The notes beneath the pieces are model-generated. The model worked only from the letters and a program-made list of their open reading frames with translations. It was not told the origin of the DNA and did not search any database. This document shows, piece after piece, positions 8,126 to 17,672 of a stretch of 40,000 nucleotides of DNA. Each line of letters starts with the position of its first letter. The stretch's first letter is position 1. The position numbers were made by a program, and so were the translations under genes. The stretch is taken from the sequence record MN445183.1; one strand, written 5' to 3'. This DNA comes from Salmonella phage vB_SalM_SA002.

Positions 8126-8196
8126 GACCTTATTAAGTTAATTGGTTCGAGTGTTGCCATCCAAGCTGTCAAGTGTACAGCATAACGGAGGCGAAC

Positions 8197-8496
8197 ATGA
8201 ACTTATATCTGGTAGAGCGGATCGACACCGTCGGGTGGGATGAATACTCGGGTATGATCGTAGCGGCAGCGTCTGAAGATGCAGCGCGCTTAGTCCACCC
8301 GTCAGCCTACAAACCGCTGGACAAGGCCGATGCGTTGAATTGCATACAAGAGTCGGCGTGGTGTTTTGAGAATGATCGCAATCGTCGTAGTACGTATTGG
8401 GTGTTTTTGGAACATACATCGTCTCTGCGCGTTACCCTAGTGGGAACAACGCACCTGGCCCCCTGCATCCTGCTCTTGGATTTTAATGCCGGTTAA
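8197..8496 (+). CDS. Hypothetical protein, 99 aa (MNLYLVERIDTVGWDEYSG...)
   Basis: CGGAGG ribosome-binding site before ATG 8197. Confidence 0.7.
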   Translation: MNLYLVERIDTVGWDEYSGMIVAAASEDAARLVHPSAYKPLDKADALNCIQESAWCFENDRNRRSTYWVFLEHTSSLRVTLVGTTHLAPCILLLDFNAG

Positions 8497-8502
8497 CTTA
8501 AC

Positions 8503-8520
8503 GCCCGGGTAATCCCGGGC
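8503..8520 (+). terminator. GCCCGGG-TAAT-CCCGGGC hairpin
   Basis: Perfect 7-bp stem just after the CDS. Confidence 0.6.
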
Positions 8521-8722
8521 ACTCATTCTTATTTGGTGCTTTGGACCGCTGCGAATTTCAACATAGTCACAAAACTCCGCGACGTAGGACTGTACGAATT
8601 GCAGTGTAATCCAAAGCATCATCCTCTATTTGACATAATGACGACCAAGAGTACGTGAAAGGAACTTGACTCCAATCACTAACGTTTATCAACGCTTAGA
8701 TAAACTACTCAAGGAATTCGTT

Positions 8723-9109
8723 ATGTTAAATAAAGAAACTCTGTTGTCCCTGGCCCCGTCATTAACCGGTTTTAAGGACGAAGATCATGACTTCGGTCAT
8801 GAGTGGCACGATGAGTGGAACTTCCGTGTGGAGAACCATGAACGTTATCACATCGTCTATGGCTGGTATGAGTACGAGGATTACTCAGGACATTCCTACG
8901 TCTTTGGTTACGACAAGGAAGAAGAGAAGTTCTTCGAAGTGGTTGCCTACCATTGTTCTTGCTACGGCTTGGAAGAAGGTTGGGACCCGGAGTATTTCGA
9001 ATCAACAGCGTTACTGGCTGAATACCTGAAGAAGTTTGAGGGTAAAACCTATTCCGAAGGTCAGCTGACTTTGGTGGCGTTCTTGAAAGAGCGCGGCATC
9101 GAAGTATAA
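8723..9109 (+). CDS. Highly acidic, aromatic-rich protein, 128 aa
   Basis: ATG 8723 with AAGGA ribosome-binding site; by eye about 28 D/E versus 11 K/R. Confidence 0.75.
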   Translation: MLNKETLLSLAPSLTGFKDEDHDFGHEWHDEWNFRVENHERYHIVYGWYEYEDYSGHSYVFGYDKEEEKFFEVVAYHCSCYGLEEGWDPEYFESTALLAEYLKKFEGKTYSEGQLTLVAFLKERGIEV

Positions 9110-9139
9110 CCGAATCGCTCAGATAGTTTAATGAAAACA

Positions 9140-9218
9140 GTGCCCTGGATAGTGGTATAACTTACATGCCGCGTAATGGGTAAAGATGGAGAGGTGTCGA
9201 TCCTCCCTCTGAGCACCA
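9140..9218 (+). tRNA. tRNA-like sequence, possible tRNA-Gly(GCC), degenerate
   Basis: Anticodon-like arm CTTAC-ATGCCGC-GTAAT (4/5), T-loop-like TGTCGAT, 3' GAGCACCA pairing partly with 5' GTGCCC. Confidence 0.3.
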
Positions 9219-9572
9219 ATTTAAATGATGGAGGTTTTACCATGACGCGTATTATCGAAATCATCTAAGTCGTAATGCCTGATGAGTCGCCGACTTTAAA
9301 AGCGACGAAACATGGAACATGGCCCTTGGAGCACGACAAGGGCAGGTACACTGACTCACCATCTTTGTGCTCGCTAGGCATGTTCCTTGTAGCAACGTTG
9401 TATTCACTGACCATGGTGTCTCGAGCTAACGTAGCCTTCTGACCATTTGATCTTCCCCCCGGATTCGTCGAATGTTCAGCGGGATGCGGTAATTTGTCCG
9501 GTTGCTGTATCAAAGGGCTATAGGGGTATGGTCCTGGTTCCTTGTTCCTCTCGTTGAGTAGATGTGGCCATT

Positions 9573-9605
9573 AAATCCCGGGGGTCACACCCCGGGATTT
9601 ATGCC
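9573..9605 (+). terminator. AAATCCCGGGG-GTCACA-CCCCGGGATTT hairpin followed by ATGCC
   Basis: Perfect 11-bp stem; TTTATGCC motif. Confidence 0.75.
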
Positions 9606-9645
9606 GTCTAAATTTTAAACTATTGAAATGCAGTTATTTTCACAT

Positions 9646-9661
9646 CTATATTACAGTGGTG
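9646..9661 (+). promoter_or_regulatory. Early-promoter-like motif CTATATTAC-AGTG-GTG
   Basis: CTAYATTAC-N4-GTG, AT-rich upstream, about 58 bp before ATG 9704. Confidence 0.6.
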
Positions 9662-9703
9662 ATGTGTGTAAAGAAATTAACCTTAACTTGTCGGAGCACT
9701 ACT

Positions 9704-9919
9704 ATGTTTGATTTATTACCTAGCTGGCTGATGTACACTTCTTTAATCGCAATGGTTGTTGGTGGCCTGGTTCACTACCGTCTCAGCACAATGCGAAAAC
9801 GCATGGGTATCAAAGCCCTTGAGATGACGATTGAACAATTCAAGGACGATGAGGATTACGTGGCCTATGCTAAGCACGAACTTGAGATTGCCCGTAATAA
9901 ACCATTCTGGAAATTCTAA
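9704..9919 (+). CDS. Small single-pass membrane protein, 71 aa
   Basis: CGGAG ribosome-binding site; LMYTSLIAMVVGGLV hydrophobic segment. Confidence 0.75.
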   Translation: MFDLLPSWLMYTSLIAMVVGGLVHYRLSTMRKRMGIKALEMTIEQFKDDEDYVAYAKHELEIARNKPFWKF

Positions 9920-10003
9920 TCAAACTTACTGGCGTGTAAACCTTAACTAATGTGGCCATATGTCATGGCTATCTACGCGTTTTAAACTGACAGGAGCTAG
10001 ACC

Positions 10004-10591
10004 ATGACATGTGTGGTAAATAACAACGAGCACCAAGAACAAGTAGAAACAGCAATCCAGAACCTGGCTACTCGAATCAGACTGGAACTGAATCTCAATA
10101 ACCCGGAGTATGAGGCAACCATGGAATCGAATGAGGCTTTCTCACGTATTAGCCATTTGCTCATGGCGGTGTGTGAACTGTACGAATTAAAAGAGCAGTT
10201 ATGGGATGAAGTTTCAAAGCTGAAGGATACATTAACTGACGGAGCCAGTGAGGTCCTAGATGCGCGCCATAAGCCAATCAACGAAACCATCTATACACGT
10301 TTCACTGAAATCAATTATCTGTCCCAGTTCCTTAACGAGGAGCAAGGGCAGATTATAGATGGTTATGTCGATCAGATTCGCCCTTACCTTGATAAGTGCG
10401 TACCGCGGTCGAGTATCTTAAGTCAACCAATAGGTGGTGGTCATGAAGATCCGCAACAGTGGTACATTCCGAAGCGATCTCAACTTTCGGCAGTTGTTAC
10501 AACGGCAACTGAAGTCATCGCCGTTACCAAAGAAACCTGGGGTGACGGAGAACACAAAGAACGTAGAACGCGTTCTCCAAAGTTTGCTTAA
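10004..10591 (+). CDS. Hypothetical protein, 195 aa
   Basis: ORF, operon context. Confidence 0.75.
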   Translation: MTCVVNNNEHQEQVETAIQNLATRIRLELNLNNPEYEATMESNEAFSRISHLLMAVCELYELKEQLWDEVSKLKDTLTDGASEVLDARHKPINETIYTRFTEINYLSQFLNEEQGQIIDGYVDQIRPYLDKCVPRSSILSQPIGGGHEDPQQWYIPKRSQLSAVVTTATEVIAVTKETWGDGEHKERRTRSPKFA

Positions 10592-10623
10592 CCAACGGAC
10601 TTATTAATACGGGGTAAACGAAG

Positions 10624-10911
10624 ATGATTAATCCACAGTTGGCGATCCAGAACATGCGTAATATGGTGGGCACTTACGCACTCAACAAAGCCCACATGAA
10701 GATCGATAACTTCTGTCGCGTTTATTATGGCAGATACATGAATAACCTGCATGGTCTCGAAGAGCCGTACTACATGCTCGCCGGTACCATTTTCCCAGAC
10801 CCAGCAACGGGTCGCCTGGAACTCCATCGTGATTTGACGATCAACGACGGTATCTGGGAAGAAGTAAACGATGCCGTAATCAATATCCTGGCGACGAAAG
10901 AAATCGCCTAA
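10624..10911 (+). CDS. Hypothetical protein, 95 aa
   Basis: ORF. Confidence 0.75.
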   Translation: MINPQLAIQNMRNMVGTYALNKAHMKIDNFCRVYYGRYMNNLHGLEEPYYMLAGTIFPDPATGRLELHRDLTINDGIWEEVNDAVINILATKEIA

Positions 10912-10945
10912 CCTTCTGTATAACTTGACATGTGAGACTTAACCT

Positions 10946-11368
10946 ATGAACAATAAAGTAACTGTAGCCGTTGGATATAGCCCGATGACTAACCGTATCT
11001 GGGTTGCCAGCCAAATCATCAAACTGGTGAAAGAAGGCACCTCAGATATTTACATCATCAACTCCGATCAAAAGATCGCCGGGGATGTTCTGGAAACGTT
11101 GCGTGATATGACAAAAGATGATGCCGAGTACCAGCAACACGTTGTCAAACACAACATCCAGATTCACCCGATGGCGCCGGAAGACATCGATGAGTTAGGT
11201 GATACGGTGCAGGCCGGTCGTGGGGCTATCCTGGCGAACAGTATTTTCTCTATCCCGCTGCGCGCGTTGACCAAACTGCGTAAGCACAACATGCCGGTGT
11301 TTATCGGCACGACCCCTTCGCAGTTGAAGGGGATTGATAACGAAGACGTTGAGTATCGTTATCTGTAA
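10946..11368 (+). CDS. Hypothetical protein, 140 aa
   Basis: ORF followed by GGCCCC..GGGGCC T-rich terminator. Confidence 0.8.
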   Translation: MNNKVTVAVGYSPMTNRIWVASQIIKLVKEGTSDIYIINSDQKIAGDVLETLRDMTKDDAEYQQHVVKHNIQIHPMAPEDIDELGDTVQAGRGAILANSIFSIPLRALTKLRKHNMPVFIGTTPSQLKGIDNEDVEYRYL

Positions 11369-11373
11369 TCGAA

Positions 11374-11408
11374 TTGGCCCCTGCATTACGGGGGCCTTTT
11401 ATTTTTTG
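11374..11408 (+). terminator. Rho-independent-like terminator GGCCCC..GGGGCC-TTTTATTTTTT
   Basis: Stem-loop plus T-run. Confidence 0.75.
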
Positions 11409-11421
11409 ATAGGGGATTGAT

Positions 11422-11700
11422 ATGGATAATTTATTTGCTGGTAAGTGGGTCGTGATTAGCGGGGTGTTTGAGCAACTAGATCGACATGCCCTGAAAACTG
11501 AAATGTGTAAACGCGGCGCAACCGTGTCAGCGATGCTTGACCGCCGTGTATCCTTCTTTCTTGCGGGTGACTGTGCGGGACGTAGATTAGAACAAGCCAA
11601 GCACTATGGCATCCGCATCATTTACGAACCTGAACTACTTAACCTGTTGAACAGAGGTACTCATGATCAAACGGATCAGCCGGTGGTTCCACTCGCCTGA
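11422..11700 (+). CDS. Stand-alone BRCT-domain protein, 92 aa
   Basis: GKWVVISGVFEQLDRHALKTEMCKRGATVSAMLDRRVSFFLAGDCAGRRLEQAKHYGIRIIYEPELLNLL follows the BRCT pattern seen at the C-terminus of NAD-dependent DNA ligases. Confidence 0.75.
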   Translation: MDNLFAGKWVVISGVFEQLDRHALKTEMCKRGATVSAMLDRRVSFFLAGDCAGRRLEQAKHYGIRIIYEPELLNLLNRGTHDQTDQPVVPLA

Positions 11701-12154
11701 GAAACTCGGTGCCGAACTTAGGGCGTTACAAAGCTGCGACATTGATACGTTGCCGCTCCTGGTGATTGAAGACATGAAGGCTTACATTGATAAGCCCAAG
11801 GGTACCGCCCGTCCTAACATCGATTACGTGCTCAGCGCTTATGATTCGTTAATTCCGCATTACAAGAACGAGATCATTCTAAGCGCCTGTAACGTCGCTG
11901 ACATCTATTTGCGCGAGCCTGATCGTTATGATCAGATGCTCGACAAGACAGTGGTCCGTGGTATTCAGTTCTGGCATGATGATGGTAACCAGTATATCTA
12001 CTGGAGCTGGATGCATGCGGACAAACGTCTGAAGTATTTTTCCCGTGATCTGTTCGATGCGATGGCGCGTCAAGGATTAGATCGTCGTACCGTTGATAAC
12101 TTCCGAATCGATTATCGGGCCGGTCGTATCTATCAGCACAAACTCCCCCTCTAA
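11663..12154 (+). CDS. Hypothetical protein, 163 aa
   Basis: ORF overlapping the 3' end of the BRCT gene. Confidence 0.75.
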   Translation: MIKRISRWFHSPEKLGAELRALQSCDIDTLPLLVIEDMKAYIDKPKGTARPNIDYVLSAYDSLIPHYKNEIILSACNVADIYLREPDRYDQMLDKTVVRGIQFWHDDGNQYIYWSWMHADKRLKYFSRDLFDAMARQGLDRRTVDNFRIDYRAGRIYQHKLPL

Positions 12155-12169
12155 TAAAAGGTTATTACA

Positions 12170-12727
12170 ATGAAACAACAAACCTGGTCTGGCTTCGGTA
12201 CTGTTATCAATGGCATCGCAATTGACATTCAAGTTCCTCAGGACCCAACCTTACTGAACAAGAACCGTCAGATCGATGTTGCCAAAGCCACTATCAGTTT
12301 GGTCGACGGCGAAACCATCGTAAAAGATCTGCCGATGCCGGTGGGTGACCTTAGCAACGCGCTGGTGTTATGCTATCAGCATGTGGTGTTGGGTCGCCCG
12401 ATCCTTTGTCACATGTCTCGCTATGATGTGGCAATGCAATTGTCTGGCGCAATGAAACAGGTGAACCATAAAGGCGGATCGGCAGTTATTGCCGATACAC
12501 GTGATCACGGCGAATTCACGCTGGCCGGTAACAAAGTAACATTCCAGCGTTTAGCCTGTGGCCCGGTCGTGGAAACCAGCTTCAATACTGAAACCCTGGC
12601 CACCAAAGATGGTAAACTTAAGCAGGGTACTTGGACGGTACTGCGTTGTGATGTGAATGACGTGGTATCAGCTGAAGAGCAGTACACTAAATACATGGAA
12701 GCCTACATGGGTGAAGGGGATAAATAA
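12170..12727 (+). CDS. Hypothetical protein, 185 aa
   Basis: ORF. Confidence 0.8.
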   Translation: MKQQTWSGFGTVINGIAIDIQVPQDPTLLNKNRQIDVAKATISLVDGETIVKDLPMPVGDLSNALVLCYQHVVLGRPILCHMSRYDVAMQLSGAMKQVNHKGGSAVIADTRDHGEFTLAGNKVTFQRLACGPVVETSFNTETLATKDGKLKQGTWTVLRCDVNDVVSAEEQYTKYMEAYMGEGDK

Positions 12728-13398
12728 TGTCCGTGCTTGATGAGGTCATGCCTGCTGATGAACCACATCAGCAAACCACCACCGTGTATGTCGATGCCGT
12801 GCAGACCTTTGTCCCACGTACGGTGTTAAAGCCGGTGCTGGGTAATTTAGTGGTTGGGTTAGTAACCACACCAGACGCCACCAAAACGCATTACACGGTG
12901 GGAGATGGTACGTTCGCATACCACATGTTCTTTGCGCAAGCCGGCATGCCTCTGGTTGACGTCATTGCGATGGCTTATCGTAACGTGTTCATGTGGATTC
13001 GTCCACAGGGCGCTAACGGGGTTTATTATGACCCCTATCACGATCGTATTGCGGCAATGGCCAACATCATGCACACTTTGTCTGAACTGGTTGGCTCGGG
13101 CGCTGTAAGTGATCGGCTCTATGCGGAATACCGTGATGAACGTAAGCTGGAAATCAATAAAGGTGAAGAAGCCTTTGTGATTGATATCCGCCGTACGTAT
13201 AATCGAACGACTGATCAAATCACGACAACGATTATGTCACTGCCCGAACGCTATGGTAATCTTTCTGTTGATGAAATATTCGAAGAAGGCATTACCACTA
13301 CCGTACAGCGATCCCCTGCCTTTGTTGATCCTGGCGATTTCATGCCAGGTGTTTGGACACCAGATCCAAACGCAGACATTGGCGGTGAAACACTCTAA
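12727..13398 (+). CDS. Hypothetical protein, 223 aa
   Basis: ORF abutting the previous stop. Confidence 0.8.
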   Translation: MSVLDEVMPADEPHQQTTTVYVDAVQTFVPRTVLKPVLGNLVVGLVTTPDATKTHYTVGDGTFAYHMFFAQAGMPLVDVIAMAYRNVFMWIRPQGANGVYYDPYHDRIAAMANIMHTLSELVGSGAVSDRLYAEYRDERKLEINKGEEAFVIDIRRTYNRTTDQITTTIMSLPERYGNLSVDEIFEEGITTTVQRSPAFVDPGDFMPGVWTPDPNADIGGETL

Positions 13399-13400
13399 CC

Positions 13401-13455
13401 GGCATAAGTAAGGCGCCTCTTCTCCCACAGTGGGAGAAGAGTGCGTCCTTTATGC
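13401..13455. terminator. Bidirectional terminator: GGCATAAG ... CTCTTCTCCCA-CAG-TGGGAGAAGAG ... TTTATGC
   Basis: 11-bp perfect stem between convergent genes. Confidence 0.85.
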
Positions 13456-13468
13456 TGCTCTTTTTTTT

Positions 13469-14317
13469 TTACCGTTTCGGCGTAGCCCGACGGATAGCAC
13501 GATAACGACCCAAGCGGTTGTTATATGCCGCTACACGCTGCCAACGTTCACGGAAGAAATCTCGGTAGTTCTGGGCAGCGTCAGCGTATTCCATTATCAC
13601 TTCACGGAACGCACCTAACTCCACGCCACCAACCACTTGACCCTGATCCACCTTCACACGTAACTGATTAAAGATAAACGCTTTGGTTGCCAAGATCGCT
13701 AACTCCGAGAAAACCGGCCAGGAGTTATTCTTGATGTTGTTCAGTTCGGCATCGTTACTCAGACGACAGCGCAGTGTGAGTTGGTTCGTTACAATCTGAG
13801 TCTCATAGATCGCAACCGTGTTGAATCCAACCAGTTCAACGTTTACCAACTGGATTTCCACCGCCGGGGCATATGACTGCATCATGGATGTTGTCATGGT
13901 GGTAAATGCCCCACCGTAAGAGTTCTGGTTAGTTGATCCCGTGTACACACCCACCCCGGCTGCGGGAGACCCGTACAGGGCATCTGGGTAACCATATAAG
14001 ACAGACAAGATTTCTGTGATGCGTAGACCACGGGTCTTGTTCTGTCCTACACGAAAGACCGTTGTGTAGTTATCCGGTTTCCAATACTCGGTGTCGTATA
14101 AAGGAATGATTACTTCCTCGCCACCAAACAGGTCACAATCCTTTAACACCTTCGCATCAAACACCTTGTTACGAATGACATCGTTTAATGATGTATTGTA
14201 CACCTGCCGGGTGCCTGTGGACGTGTATAGCTGACGATCACCTAAGAATGCCGCACGGAGTACCTCCATGGGAATTTCAAAGATGATGTCGGCGATGGCA
14301 TTATCTATAGCGCTCAT
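13469..14317 (-). CDS. Hypothetical protein, 282 aa, possibly a virion structural protein
   Basis: Long ORF on the minus strand; structural role is inference from style and orientation. Confidence 0.6.
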   Translation of the reverse strand: MSAIDNAIADIIFEIPMEVLRAAFLGDRQLYTSTGTRQVYNTSLNDVIRNKVFDAKVLKDCDLFGGEEVIIPLYDTEYWKPDNYTTVFRVGQNKTRGLRITEILSVLYGYPDALYGSPAAGVGVYTGSTNQNSYGGAFTTMTTSMMQSYAPAVEIQLVNVELVGFNTVAIYETQIVTNQLTLRCRLSNDAELNNIKNNSWPVFSELAILATKAFIFNQLRVKVDQGQVVGGVELGAFREVIMEYADAAQNYRDFFRERWQRVAAYNNRLGRYRAIRRATPKR

Positions 14318-14405
14318 CAGTACCCCTTAGTAATGCATTACATACCCAACAATATATATGTTAGATCCTAAGCCTATCATAGAAATTAATCAGGAGTAAG
14401 GAACA

Positions 14406-15386
14406 ATGAGTAAGCGCGTAACTCGTATTTATGCCTGCGGCGGCGGTGCAATTAAAATCACTGCTGATTTGGTCGACTTAGTTGACATCGCAGGTTTCTC
14501 AGATACCAAGATTTCTCGTCTGGATACCTCTGATAAAAACCTGACGCACAACATGCCGCAATCATCCATCTTCGTATTGCAAGATGCTGATGGGTCTGGT
14601 AAACAACGTGACCACAACTACAAACCTGTCGTCGCGTCCATGTCTAAAATCCTGGCGCAACATCAGCCGGAAGATTACAATATCGTGATCTTTACTGCGG
14701 GCGGTGGGTCTGGTTCAGTTATTGGCCCAGTACTGGTTGGTGAACTGCTTCAACGTAAAGCGCCTGTGATCGCCCTGGTCATTGGTACCATCGGTGACGA
14801 AACCCAGGCACAGAACTCCGTAAACACCATCAAGTCCTTGAGCGGTATTCAAGCACAAGCTAAACGCCCACTGGTCTTTGCATACTTTGAAGTGAACCAA
14901 CACAACAGCCAGTCTGATGTTGATCGTCAAGTGCGCGGTATGTTGCCAACGCTACTGAACCTGCTGGACAGCAACAACGCCATCATTGATAACAAAGACA
15001 TCATCAACTTCCTTGACTGGACTAACGTCCGTAAAGACCTGCCGGCGCAGCTGGCCTGTCTGGAAGTGTACAATGGTGACGAACTGGATGAACTGGCTGG
15101 TAAGGCCCCGATCACCATGGCGTCGATCTACCCTGACGAAGAACGCAAGTTCCTGCCGGTAACACCATCGTACTCAACCGATGGCATTCGTTCTGAGCTG
15201 CCAGCAAATAACGAGTTCGCTAAAGTTACGTTGCACTACGTCATTCACGCCGGTCCGATCAAACCGATCTTCAACGCGCTGGAAGATAGCCTGCAACGTA
15301 TTCGCGATCTCGGTCGTGCCCAGGCAGAATCCAGCAATGTCGTTGATGCCGACGATAACGTTGAAAGCACGGGTATGGTGCTGTAA
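14406..15386 (+). CDS. phuZ: PhuZ-like phage tubulin (FtsZ/tubulin-family GTPase)
   Basis: ACGGGA near the N-terminus and tubulin signature FTAGGGSGSVIGPVLVGELL; 326 aa; position relative to polymerase and shell genes resembles phiKZ as recalled. Confidence 0.85.
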   Translation: MSKRVTRIYACGGGAIKITADLVDLVDIAGFSDTKISRLDTSDKNLTHNMPQSSIFVLQDADGSGKQRDHNYKPVVASMSKILAQHQPEDYNIVIFTAGGGSGSVIGPVLVGELLQRKAPVIALVIGTIGDETQAQNSVNTIKSLSGIQAQAKRPLVFAYFEVNQHNSQSDVDRQVRGMLPTLLNLLDSNNAIIDNKDIINFLDWTNVRKDLPAQLACLEVYNGDELDELAGKAPITMASIYPDEERKFLPVTPSYSTDGIRSELPANNEFAKVTLHYVIHAGPIKPIFNALEDSLQRIRDLGRAQAESSNVVDADDNVESTGMVL

Positions 15387-15487
15387 AGCCTATTATATGT
15401 AGCGAAAACCGTCCGGTAAGTTAACCTTCTTATTGGGTGTGATTGGCGTCCTGGCTGGGGTGGGTCGATCCGTTACAATTGCGATTT

Positions 15488-15520
15488 CCCCCGGGGCTCA
15501 ACACCCCGGGGGCTTATGCC
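15488..15520 (+). terminator. CCCCCGGGG-CTCAACA-CCCCGGGGG then CTTATGCC
   Basis: 9-bp perfect GC stem. Confidence 0.75.
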
Positions 15521-15539
15521 GCTTAAAATTATTTCGGTC

Positions 15540-15555
15540 CTACATTACTACTGTG
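15540..15555 (+). promoter_or_regulatory. Early-promoter-like motif CTACATTAC-TACT-GTG
   Basis: CTAYATTAC-N4-GTG. Confidence 0.55.
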
Positions 15556-15632
15556 TATTACTGTACATGTATCGCCTATCTATTGGGACGTAGTCCCTTT
15601 ATATTGGGGTATTACAAGGGGAGCTTAGTGCC

Positions 15633-16964
15633 GTGAACTATAAATTAAATACGTTCGTCATTTCTATTGGTGAGCATCTTGCAGCAATTACCCGTAGTGC
15701 GCCGTGGATGAATAATCAGCCAATCAATCACGGTCAGGCCTATCAAATATTCAGCGCATTGCATGAGGAGATCATTAATGAAATGTTCTCATGGGCTAAT
15801 ATCGACAACAGCGTTCAGGATGCAATCGCTAGTGTCTATACTGGCTACGCTGCGCTGGTGCCGGCAGAACCGAAACATTTCCGTAATCAAGGTGGTGAGT
15901 GGCGACTGATCAATCGCAGAGCAACGGCTGGTCATCCAGTCACTGAAGTGCCGTTAGGTGCGGGATTGCCTAACCCGCCAATAGACGGTATGGTTTACCG
16001 TGTGCATGGCGGTCGCGCATACGCAGACTGGCTTCAACATTTTGTTGATCAAACGCTGGGGTTCGTGCGCTGGGCATTACGTGCCGAGCTGGATAAGTAT
16101 CTTGGCACATCACGCGATTATGAGTGGTATTATGAATACAGTGGAAACGGCATCATCTACACTCGTCAGAATCGTGCAACGATCAGCTATGTTCAGCCTG
16201 AGCTGCCGTCAACTGAATTGGAAAAGATCAATGAAGAAATCACGTTCATGCCGAAGCCTGACGATCGCGCAACGGATACAATGATTGTCAACATGACCGA
16301 ATGTGAGACACGCGGTGGTAAGAATGAGGTGGATAAATTCACACCGTTCTTTAACCAATTGCCATTCATGGTCAGCCAGTTCTATAACCACGTAGCAGGA
16401 AAAGGTCACAGTAAGGCAGAAATCCTTATTCGGTACTGTAACCCTATGTTAATGCGGGAAGTGCACGAAGAGATCACCCGTCTGATTAATCGCATGCCCA
16501 TGCATTTCACTATCAAGTCAGAACAGTTTACCCCGCCATCAGTTGAACTCAGTAACCTGACAACCAACGTGAACCGCGCTTTGTTAAACCGTTCAATTGA
16601 AGAGACCAACCGAGCCGACCAAACCAAGGCTAACGCGTTGATTCAAATACGGGATCGAATTGTGAAACGCAACAACGTTACGGAGTTGGATATCACCGAG
16701 ATCAACAGCATCGACCGTGACGTACTGCACAACGCAACGTATGTTGAAGATCCGTTCAACGTCATTAGTGATCGATCACAGTGGTACAAGTTTAACAATG
16801 CGAATCCTGCTGAGCTGCAACAACCCGTATTGTACATGGCTATCACGTTATCTAACGCGATTGACACTCTGCTTGGTAATGTTCGCTCAGGCACACCAAT
16901 ACCGACGTTCAACCCAGCAAAAAGGGAGCTGTTAATTTCGGCCATTCCGCTTTACGGGAAATAG
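15633..16964 (+). CDS. Hypothetical protein, 443 aa
   Basis: GTG start with AAGGGGAG ribosome-binding site. Confidence 0.8.
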   Translation: MNYKLNTFVISIGEHLAAITRSAPWMNNQPINHGQAYQIFSALHEEIINEMFSWANIDNSVQDAIASVYTGYAALVPAEPKHFRNQGGEWRLINRRATAGHPVTEVPLGAGLPNPPIDGMVYRVHGGRAYADWLQHFVDQTLGFVRWALRAELDKYLGTSRDYEWYYEYSGNGIIYTRQNRATISYVQPELPSTELEKINEEITFMPKPDDRATDTMIVNMTECETRGGKNEVDKFTPFFNQLPFMVSQFYNHVAGKGHSKAEILIRYCNPMLMREVHEEITRLINRMPMHFTIKSEQFTPPSVELSNLTTNVNRALLNRSIEETNRADQTKANALIQIRDRIVKRNNVTELDITEINSIDRDVLHNATYVEDPFNVISDRSQWYKFNNANPAELQQPVLYMAITLSNAIDTLLGNVRSGTPIPTFNPAKRELLISAIPLYGK

Positions 16965-16973
16965 TGGGTAGCT

Positions 16974-17321
16974 ATGAACTTATACCTGGCAGCACGACCA
17001 ACCATGTTTCGTTGGTTTAATTCTACACAGTTGGAAGATCCTACGAACAGGATGGCGTTTTCCGATCTTTTGCAATACACCGCAGAAACTGCCATTGGTC
17101 TTGAATCTGAGATCGATGTCATTGGGCCTTCCAGTTACCTTATCGGTATAGGAATACCTCGTGAAACGGTGGAGCGGTTTATTCAAGTGTGTGGGTTAGA
17201 AATCCGAACCTTCTACATGCATAACTCGATACCGGAATGGCGAGACTGGGGGCGTCATCGTGTTATCATTGACGTACAGTACGACATCTTTATTCAGCTG
17301 GGAAGTGATCCGTATGTCTGA
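16974..17321 (+). CDS. Hypothetical protein, 115 aa
   Basis: ORF, tight operon. Confidence 0.75.
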   Translation: MNLYLAARPTMFRWFNSTQLEDPTNRMAFSDLLQYTAETAIGLESEIDVIGPSSYLIGIGIPRETVERFIQVCGLEIRTFYMHNSIPEWRDWGRHRVIIDVQYDIFIQLGSDPYV

Positions 17322-17667
17322 GTTAAAAAAAGTGTGCGTGATAGATTGTGGAGATATAATTGCCCGGTACCGTAACCGCTATGGTCAGTTATCCGACAAC
17401 GACATCTCCGCAGTCATGGTAGCCGCAATAGCGGCAGCCATCGAAGACCTAAACGTACCGCCCATGTTAGAACATGGTTCCCGACTGACGTCTGCACAGG
17501 CAGATGTGATGATCGGTGCGATGCGTGAAACGATACTGTGCAATATCCTTCCCAGTATCAACGATGTTATTAATGAAGTAGGTGATGATCAATTGGTTGC
17601 CACCGACAGCCGGTTGGAGGGCAATTTGGTCATTGTAGATATTAGCTTGCGTGAAGAAGCTGAGTAG
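17314..17667 (+). CDS. Hypothetical protein (MSELKKVCVIDCGDIIARYRNRYG...)
   Basis: ATG 17314 overlaps the previous stop. Confidence 0.75.
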   Translation: MSELKKVCVIDCGDIIARYRNRYGQLSDNDISAVMVAAIAAAIEDLNVPPMLEHGSRLTSAQADVMIGAMRETILCNILPSINDVINEVGDDQLVATDSRLEGNLVIVDISLREEAE

Positions 17668-17672
17668 AACGT

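Noticed and set aside
9265-9513. 82-aa minus-strand ORF
   Set aside because: Starts with a rare TTG, weak ribosome-binding context, isolated against the local plus-strand transcription. Possible but not supported enough to list.
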